Assembly (NCBI GenBank): GCA_043800255.1
Contig: JAZDNF010000009.1
Span: 96,001 to 160,000, forward strand
DNA length: 64,000 bases
Source of the DNA: Candidatus Altiarchaeota archaeon
GTDB taxonomy: Archaea; Altiarchaeota; Altiarchaeia; IMC4; SCGC-AAA252-I15
Reading direction: 5' to 3'
Part shown: in pieces, positions 58,137 through 64,000 of the stretch
How positions within the stretch are numbered: position 1 is the first letter of the stretch
Layout: every line of letters starts with the position of its first letter
The notes under the pieces: model-generated
Seen by the model: only the letters and a program-made list of their open reading frames with translations
Told to the model about the DNA's origin: nothing
Databases searched by the model: none
Program-made: the position numbers and the translations under genes

Positions 58137-58592
58137 CTACGCTTTCTTCGGTTTTTTCTTAGAAGTCTTCTTGGACGATCTCTTTTCCTTCACAGGCTTC
58201 TCTTCCTTTTTCTTCTCGACTACCTTCTTAGCCTTCCTCTTGAATGGCTTCTTAGGCGTCCTCCCCATCTTCTGGCCTGAGCTTACTCGCTCCCACCAGC
58301 CCCTCGGAAGGAACTCCTCCAGTGTGAGGTCTCGTCTGAGGTCAAGGTCATTGTGCTCCGGATAGTGGAATTTGACCCTGAACCGGGTACCATATCTTAT
58401 AAGCTCTTCGGTGCAGTTCACGCACAACAGGCCGGCGTACATCCTCTCGCCGCCGTCGGTTATCTGCACGCCGCATCTCCCGCACGCAGGCAGGTTCTTC
58501 TTCTTGTCCTTGTAGTGTGTTACAGTCCTGCCGCCCGGCGTCCTCCTCTTCACCTTCTTCGTTGACCGTGACCTGTACTTTGGTGCGACCAT
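58137..58592 (-). CDS. rpl34e: 50S ribosomal protein L34e with a C-terminal extension
   Basis: P.YRSRS....RRTPGGR...HY, CGRCG, RMYAGLLCVNC. Confidence 0.85.
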   Translation of the reverse strand: MVAPKYRSRSTKKVKRRTPGGRTVTHYKDKKKNLPACGRCGVQITDGGERMYAGLLCVNCTEELIRYGTRFRVKFHYPEHNDLDLRRDLTLEEFLPRGWWERVSSGQKMGRTPKKPFKRKAKKVVEKKKEEKPVKEKRSSKKTSKKKPKKA

Positions 58593-58594
58593 CC

Positions 58595-59020
58595 TTAGTA
58601 ATTACCAAACATCTTATTTAATACCATCGAAACCAGCATCGAACATATGAAATACCACCCGAACCAGCCGAGCTGGATTCCGAACACGGTTGCAACGATT
58701 CCGATTTCGGCATACCTGCGCTGAATCCAGGAGAACACGAGCAGGAAGGGTATCATCGTGTACATCATCGGCTTGAAGGAGTGCTTCATGTTATCCATCA
58801 TGTGAGTCATCATCTCGTCCTGCGCCTTCTTCGCCTTCTTGGAGTCGCCGGACTTCGTAGCCTCCTTCAGCAGCTGCTGGTTCTTTTTCATCTTCTCCTT
58901 CGCCTCCAGCATCTTATCCTTGTCGACGACGGCCCTCCTGACGAGGGAGCTCATCATCATAAGAGCGAACGATATCACCGCTATCTCCCAGCCAGCAGTC
59001 GTAATCAGAAAATCCATCAC
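58595..59020 (-). CDS. DUF106/EMC3-TMCO1 (Oxa1 superfamily) membrane insertase
   Basis: TM, coiled coil, FKPM.YT.IP, GWFGWYF.CS. Confidence 0.9.
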   Translation of the reverse strand: MMDFLITTAGWEIAVISFALMMMSSLVRRAVVDKDKMLEAKEKMKKNQQLLKEATKSGDSKKAKKAQDEMMTHMMDNMKHSFKPMMYTMIPFLLVFSWIQRRYAEIGIVATVFGIQLGWFGWYFICSMLVSMVLNKMFGNY

Positions 59021-59598
59021 CCGCTCCCCAATATCCCCTTCATCTCCTTCACGGCCTTCCCTATCTGCCCCTGGGGATTTTCGACAACCTTTATCGAGGC
59101 GCCGCTTATCACAGAATACGCCCCCGCTACGATACGGTTGAAATCTTGGTGGAACATCAGCTCTTTCACGCCGTCATCGTCCCTGTCTCTCGACTTGTCA
59201 CCCTCTCTCCGCTTTAGGATATCCTCGCCCTTCACTTCGACGATGACTATGCAGTCAGCGTCCAATATCTTGAGAACCTCCTCAGGCAGCCCGGGGAGGA
59301 AACCACGCGACGTTTTGATGGTGCAGTGAGTGTCCAACAGCACATTCCCCCGCTGGCTCTTCTTGTGAATCGCCTCAGCAGCGGTCTTCTGTATCCTCTT
59401 CTGGTCTTCCAACGGCAGCTTCCTCATCTCATCCCTGTCCTCGACCAGTTTCTTGGCTTTGGCTATGTCGAACATCACAGTCCCATAGGTGATGATCTCA
59501 TAGTCCACGCCCTCCGACTTCAGCTCCTCCACAGCCTTCCCGGCCACGGTCGTCTTCCCAGATCCTGGAACGCCGGTCACAATAACAAGCATTTTCAA
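59017..59598 (-). CDS. adkA: Adenylate kinase (archaeal type)
   Basis: TGVPGSGKTT, YGTVM, DRDEMRKL, DTHCTIKT..GFLPGLP. Confidence 0.93.
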   Translation of the reverse strand: MKMLVIVTGVPGSGKTTVAGKAVEELKSEGVDYEIITYGTVMFDIAKAKKLVEDRDEMRKLPLEDQKRIQKTAAEAIHKKSQRGNVLLDTHCTIKTSRGFLPGLPEEVLKILDADCIVIVEVKGEDILKRREGDKSRDRDDDGVKELMFHQDFNRIVAGAYSVISGASIKVVENPQGQIGKAVKEMKGILGSG

Positions 59599-59656
59599 AA
59601 AAAAGATGAGTTAATAATGAGGTGGATATGTATTTAAAATAACTTAAGAAGAAGGT

Positions 59657-59995
59657 TTAGCCGGCGCATCCGCCTCCCATCACCAGCGCCACAATCTCCA
59701 CAGCCAAGACCACGATAATCAATCCGACGATGGTGTGAGTTATGCTCTCCTTCGCCTTCTTCGCCGAACCCTCCTCGGCAGAATCCCGCATAATCCTCCA
59801 GCCGTTAACTGCAATCAGAACTATCGCAAGGCCTGCTGCAACTATCTCGAAGAAAACCTTAACGTTAGTCAAAATCCCGCAGACAAGCGAGGCGGCGGCC
59901 GTCGCCGCTGTCGTCCCAGGCACCTGCGCGCTAACAGCGCCAACCATCAGAAACAAAAGCGCTAAAGCAACTTTTGCCATGTAATATATGCTCAA
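59657..59995 (-). CDS. TrbC/VirB2-like pilin
   Basis: Signal-like leader, two TM helices separated by a G..I....E....KAK...IVGLII loop; start possibly 59980. Confidence 0.65.
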   Translation of the reverse strand: MSIYYMAKVALALLFLMVGAVSAQVPGTTAATAAASLVCGILTNVKVFFEIVAAGLAIVLIAVNGWRIMRDSAEEGSAKKAKESITHTIVGLIIVVLAVEIVALVMGGGCAG

Positions 59996-60094
59996 ACATG
60001 ATTAAAAAATAAGGGGTACGGAAGAAGAGATTCGAAATCGAATTCCAGAAGTTGCTGTTAGCGACTTAGGTACAAAAACGTCCAGATGATACAC

Positions 60095-60290
60095 TTCTTT
60101 CTTTTTTCGTCAACGTTTCTCTTTTTCGTCAACGCTTAACTTTTCTTTCTCTTTCCTCAAAATCGATAACATCGATTTTGGGACACGCGAATCTCCGATT
60201 CGCATTATCGTCAACGTTTCTCTTTCTTTGAAACTTTTGAAAAAAGTTTCATCAAAAGTTTTGGCCAACCTTTTTCTAAAAGGTTGAAAG
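60095..60290. repeat. Cluster of short REP-like repeats and palindromes
   Basis: CGTCAACG at 60108, 60127 and 60209 in T/C-rich context; hairpins GCGAATCTCCGATTCGC, GAAACTTTT..AAAAGTTTC, CAACCTTTT..AAAAGGTTG. Confidence 0.7.
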
Positions 60291-60433
60291 CAGGGGGAGA
60301 GATTTGAACTCCCGTTAGTCGGTCGCTGTGTTCTTCCTTTTTCTTTCTTTTTCGTGAACGTTTTTCTTTCTTTCCTAAAGAAAGAAAAAGGTTCTCTGCA
60401 GCCGACTGCCGAACCAGGCTAGGCAACCCCTGC
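60289..60433 (-). tRNA. tRNA-Cys(GCA) with a 72-nt intron in the anticodon loop (about 60324-60395)
   Basis: Minus strand: GCAGGGG acceptor, GCCTAGCCTGGTTCGGC D-arm, GTCGG-CTGCAG|intron|A-CCGAC, GGGAGTTCAAATCTCTC T-arm, CCCCTGC-T; mature length 73 nt. Confidence 0.9.
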
Positions 60434-60651
60434 GAATCTTTTTTAAAATATTCCGAGAAATCGGATTTGCCGATTTCTGGACGCAAAATTGCTCTGCAAT
60501 TTTGCTGTCATCGAAAGGTGCAGCGTGCGCTCGCATTCGCTCGCTTAGCTGCACTTAATGGAGTATATTATAGTTATTTTTTGGTTTAAATGTTTGCGCT
60601 TTTTAACACCTGTTTGTAATATATTAGCCTATTGTTTTGAGGTCTTATAAG

Positions 60652-61047
60652 ATGGCTGTAGAGGATGTTAAGAAGGGGGGGGAACCTGTTGAGGATGATG
60701 ATGAGGCTATGGACGCGAAAGAGCAGCTTGCCTTCGCGACCGCCCCGATTGTGAGGCTGATAAAGGAGGAGCTTGACAACGACAAGATGGTAAGGCGGCA
60801 GGTTAAGGTCGCCATGAACAAGTGGCTTGAGAAGCTCGTCCGCAAGGTCTCGAAGAAGATGAACGAGAGCGAGTACACGGTTGTCGAGATTGATGACTTT
60901 AAGACTGCGATAGAGCCTTATGAGATGATAGACGACGTCGAAGGGGAGAGGCACAGGATTGTCGCCTCGCTTGAGAAGATAAAACAGGACTGCGACAGCC
61001 TTATCAGGGACGTCAACAGGAAGTTCTTAAGCCCGGACGAAGTCTAG
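60652..61047 (+). CDS. Atypical histone-fold protein with an acidic N-tail and C-terminal coiled coil
   Basis: FATAPIVRLIK....MV...VK.AM...L.......VEIDDF..A histone-fold pattern; start corrected to ATG 60652. Confidence 0.7.
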   Translation: MAVEDVKKGGEPVEDDDEAMDAKEQLAFATAPIVRLIKEELDNDKMVRRQVKVAMNKWLEKLVRKVSKKMNESEYTVVEIDDFKTAIEPYEMIDDVEGERHRIVASLEKIKQDCDSLIRDVNRKFLSPDEV

Positions 61048-62045
61048 ATTAGTATAAGTCGGTCTGATTTGTTGTTCCCTAGGACGGCTCTGACAGTCCC
61101 GTTGGCCCCTACTTCTGCCGTTCCGGATATTAGCACCCGCTCACCTTTCTTTGCGTTCTCAGAGAACCTGCCCCTGAAGGAGAGAGCATAATCCAGGCTG
61201 CTCACATGGCCGTCCGTTATTTTTACATCCTCCAGAGGATAGACTGACGGAGTGAAGATGCTATCGGAATCGTCAGCTATTACTGCAGAGGCCCGCACAC
61301 CGCCAACCCGCTTGGATGATACGGAGAACATGCCATCATCAACCTCCCTCGGGCGCCTGACCATCCTGATGAAAAACTCCGAACTATTGTAGATTCCCTG
61401 CAGGAGCTTCCTGCTCTCCGCCCGGACGAACTCATCCAGCTTGTAGCCGAGTGGTGCGCCCCTCATCGCATACAATTTGCTGATTGTGCCTATGTCATAT
61501 CCTTTTAGGGCGGCGTCAAAGAGGTTAGGAAGGCAATCATAGACCATCCGGCAGCTGCCCTCGCCGTATACTATGAGATCCAAGTCAGAGGAGGGATTAT
61601 GCAGTCCAACCGACATTGACCCGGTAACCCCGACAGACTCCACAGGCACTCCGGAAGACTCAACAAGCATATCGGAAAAGTCAACTGCCAGCCTCTGGAG
61701 GCTGTCCAACCTGGAAGACCCTCTGAGAGCATCCAAACGCTGAACAGGGTCGTAGACTTCAACTATGGAGTCAAAGGGAACTCTCTGAACCTCAAAGCCC
61801 AGAGTCTTGTCGAATCCCATGTACTGAGGAAACCTGGCCTTCACGAGGGAGTTGCTATCTTCGAGAGTATCAAGCTTCCGGTAACCTCGTCTGCTGCCTT
61901 CTCTGTTAGGATAGTATCTCAGCACAGCATATGAGCAACCGTCCGGCTGCACGACACCCTTGACAGAGAAGATAAGATTCTCGGCTGTTTTAATGGAATA
62001 GCCCTCGATTATGCTGCCAGCCGACCTTCCTTTTATAGTAGTCAT
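61044..62045 (-). CDS. Archaeal predicted nucleotidyltransferase (COG1665-like)
   Basis: LRYYP, GVTGS..GL....SDLDLIVYG, C-terminal OB-like region. Confidence 0.8.
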   Translation of the reverse strand: MTTIKGRSAGSIIEGYSIKTAENLIFSVKGVVQPDGCSYAVLRYYPNREGSRRGYRKLDTLEDSNSLVKARFPQYMGFDKTLGFEVQRVPFDSIVEVYDPVQRLDALRGSSRLDSLQRLAVDFSDMLVESSGVPVESVGVTGSMSVGLHNPSSDLDLIVYGEGSCRMVYDCLPNLFDAALKGYDIGTISKLYAMRGAPLGYKLDEFVRAESRKLLQGIYNSSEFFIRMVRRPREVDDGMFSVSSKRVGGVRASAVIADDSDSIFTPSVYPLEDVKITDGHVSSLDYALSFRGRFSENAKKGERVLISGTAEVGANGTVRAVLGNNKSDRLILI

Positions 62046-62067
62046 TTCTATATTATATGAACCTGAG

Positions 62068-62481
62068 ATGGACTATAACTATGAGAATCTGCTGGACAGG
62101 GCGTGGAAGAACCTGCCTGAAAAGCTGAAAAGCCCGACAAGATTCGAAGTACCGACGGCGGATACGCTCATTGAAGGAAATCAGACCATAATAAAGAACA
62201 TCAACGACATCGAGAGCACCCTCAACAGGGAGGGCAAATACATACTAAAGTACCTTTCGAAGGACCTCGCAGCCCCTGTGCTGATGGAGGGCAGCAGGGC
62301 CATAGTCCAGAGGAAGATCAGGAACAGCATCATCAACGAGAAAATCCAGGCATACGCTAAGGAATACGTCATCTGCCACGAGTGCGGGAGACCTGACACG
62401 AAGATAACGACCCTGGAAGGCCAGAAGATAATAAAATGCGAGGCCTGCGGCGGATGGTGGCCTCTTAAGAGGATAAAATAG
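62068..62481 (+). CDS. eif2b: Translation initiation factor aIF-2 beta
   Basis: YENLLDRA, RFEVP, YVICHECGRPDT, CEACG; start corrected to ATG 62068. Confidence 0.93.
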   Translation: MDYNYENLLDRAWKNLPEKLKSPTRFEVPTADTLIEGNQTIIKNINDIESTLNREGKYILKYLSKDLAAPVLMEGSRAIVQRKIRNSIINEKIQAYAKEYVICHECGRPDTKITTLEGQKIIKCEACGGWWPLKRIK

Positions 62482-62778
62482 ATGTACTACGTCAAAGTAC
62501 ATGAGGTTGACGGGGACCGCATCGTCGCCGCCTGCGACAAAGAGCTTCTAGGCAAGAGTCTGAGCGAGGGTGAGATAATGTTTGAAGTCAGCAGATCCTT
62601 TTACGGCGACAGGCTTGTGGACGAGACAACACTGCTCACCGAACTGGACAGCGCAACCATAGCCAACCTGGTGGGCAACAAAACAATCCAGACTGCGGTA
62701 GATAACGGCATCATAGGCGCGGAGAACGTCATAACCATAGCTGGGGTAAAACACGCCCAGATAATAAGCGTACAATGA
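62482..62778 (+). CDS. DUF424 family protein
   Basis: VAACDKELLGK, FYG, ANLVG, GVKHAQ. Confidence 0.9.
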   Translation: MYYVKVHEVDGDRIVAACDKELLGKSLSEGEIMFEVSRSFYGDRLVDETTLLTELDSATIANLVGNKTIQTAVDNGIIGAENVITIAGVKHAQIISVQ

Positions 62779-63764
62779 AGGACATAGAACTCCCCCGAAA
62801 AGTGTTGGTCGGACACGGCGTGCTGAAGAAGACCGGAGGCCTGATCAAAAGCCTACACCTGAGAGGAAGGTCATACGTCATATGCGATAGGATTACAAGA
62901 GAGGTCGCCGGCAACTCCGTCGCCAGCCAGACGCATTCTGAGATCGTCGAGGAAACAACCGCTGAGGGGATAAAGGAGCGGATTCACAAGAGCGCCAAGT
63001 ACCTTATCGCAGTCGGAGGGGGCACGGTGATAGACGCTGTCAAGATAGCAGCCTATGACGCCGGCATACCCTACATCAGCATACCAACGGCAGCATCCCA
63101 TGACGGGATAGCCTCGCCCAGGGCGTCAGTCAAAAAGGACAAGCCGATGTCCTTCATGACGAACTCCCCGCTGGGCATAGTCGCTGACACCCTGATAATC
63201 GCAAACGCCCCTGAAAGACTTTTATCCGCAGGCTGCGCTGACGCGATCAGCAACTACACTGCCGTTTTGGACTGGCAGCTCGCAAAGAAGGAGAAAAACG
63301 AATACTACGGCGATTACGCTGCCGCCCTGTCGATGCTGAGCGCGGAGATTGTGATGGACAACGCCGACAAGGTCAAGGAGAACGTTAGCATAGTAGTCGA
63401 GGCGCTGATATCAAGCGGCGTCGCCATTGGGATTGCAGGCTCTTCGAGGCCGTGCTCCGGAAGCGAACACCAGTTCAGCCACTCCCTGGACATCATATGC
63501 GAGAAGCCTGCCCTCCACGGGGAGCAGTGCGGAGTCGGCACCATAATGATGGCATACCTCCACAAGGCGGACTGGAAGAGGGTGAGGAGGTCACTGGAGA
63601 AGGTCGGGGCGCCGGTCAACGCAAGACAGCTTGGGATTGACGATTCCACGATCATTGAGGCGCTTACCAAGGCCCACAACGTCAGGGACAGGTATACAAT
63701 ACTGAGAGACGGCCTGTCGGAGAGGAGGGCTGAGAACCTTGCCAAAAAGACGGGAGTGATATGA
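62775..63764 (+). CDS. egsA: sn-glycerol-1-phosphate dehydrogenase
   Basis: GGGTVID, PTAASHDGIASP, SRPCSGSEH, HGEQCG. Confidence 0.95.
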   Translation: MKDIELPRKVLVGHGVLKKTGGLIKSLHLRGRSYVICDRITREVAGNSVASQTHSEIVEETTAEGIKERIHKSAKYLIAVGGGTVIDAVKIAAYDAGIPYISIPTAASHDGIASPRASVKKDKPMSFMTNSPLGIVADTLIIANAPERLLSAGCADAISNYTAVLDWQLAKKEKNEYYGDYAAALSMLSAEIVMDNADKVKENVSIVVEALISSGVAIGIAGSSRPCSGSEHQFSHSLDIICEKPALHGEQCGVGTIMMAYLHKADWKRVRRSLEKVGAPVNARQLGIDDSTIIEALTKAHNVRDRYTILRDGLSERRAENLAKKTGVI

Positions 63765-64000
63765 GGAACATCATAGAATCATGGGTCAAACAGAGGGGGA
63801 AGCTCCATTTCACGCTGATAGACCCTGACAGGCAGACGCCGGAAGACGCCGCCAAGCTTGCGCTGACAGCGCAGGAGAACGGCTCTGATGCGATAATGGC
63901 GGGCGGGTCAACGGCAGGCATCGAAACCGTTGACAGAGCTTGTAAAAGCATAAAAGAGGCGGTCGACATTCCCATCATCCTATTTCCCTCAGGCTCTGCG
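63761..64000 (+). CDS. Geranylgeranylglyceryl phosphate synthase (3'-truncated by window edge)
   Basis: Hand translation MRNIIESWVKQRGKLHFTLIDPDRQ...DAIMAGGST...PIILFPS; ATGA overlap with egsA. Confidence 0.9.
   Translation, partial: MRNIIESWVKQRGKLHFTLIDPDRQTPEDAAKLALTAQENGSDAIMAGGSTAGIETVDRACKSIKEAVDIPIILFPSGSA

Noticed and set aside
60013-60036. Minus-strand TTCGAATCTCTTCTTCCGTACCCC as a second tRNA
   Set aside because: It resembles a T-loop plus acceptor 3' half only; no 5' half was found
60095-60290. Short repeats as a CRISPR array
   Set aside because: Units are short, irregularly spaced and low-complexity, with no spacers or cas genes
1136-63978. Numerous 60-250 aa ORFs antisense to or nested in assigned genes
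   Set aside because: Shadow ORFs of well-supported genes, with no motifs of their own

Overview
Archaeal chromosomal window. Gene content and orphan style suggest an uncultured lineage such as Altiarchaeota (inference only). 2-20 kb: an isoprenoid/ether-lipid cluster with the Aeropyrum/methanogen-type 'archaeal' mevalonate pathway (mvk, AcnX large and small dehydratase subunits, UbiD + UbiX, ipk, fni, GGPP synthase), an unexpected mevalonate-3-kinase-like GHMP enzyme, an adenylate-kinase paralog, pabB/pabC and a membrane pyrophosphatase. About 22.2-41.8 kb: an accessory island with a visibly AT-rich core, lying between trm1 and a winged-helix gene. It carries an AbiE-like NTase pair, an integrase C-terminal remnant, a Shedu-like nuclease coupled to a Schlafen/AlbA_2 protein, a 2,600-aa gingipain-family protease, a glycoside hydrolase and a PIN protein. 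Three of its cassettes are each bracketed by duplicated, synonymously diverged gene fragments. 47.6-55.3 kb: a type IV pilin operon with two giant VirB6/TrbL/CedA-like membrane proteins, one fused to a PPP metallophosphatase; a VirB2-like pilin lies nearby at 59.7 kb. The rest is housekeeping: adkA-DUF106-rpl34e-cmk extended by a carbamoyltransferase/SxtJ/SxtK-like trio, tRNA-Cys with a repeat-like intron, a histone-fold protein, aIF2-beta, egsA and the start of GGGP synthase. No CRISPR array or rRNA was seen. All family calls are by eye from motifs; no database search was run.
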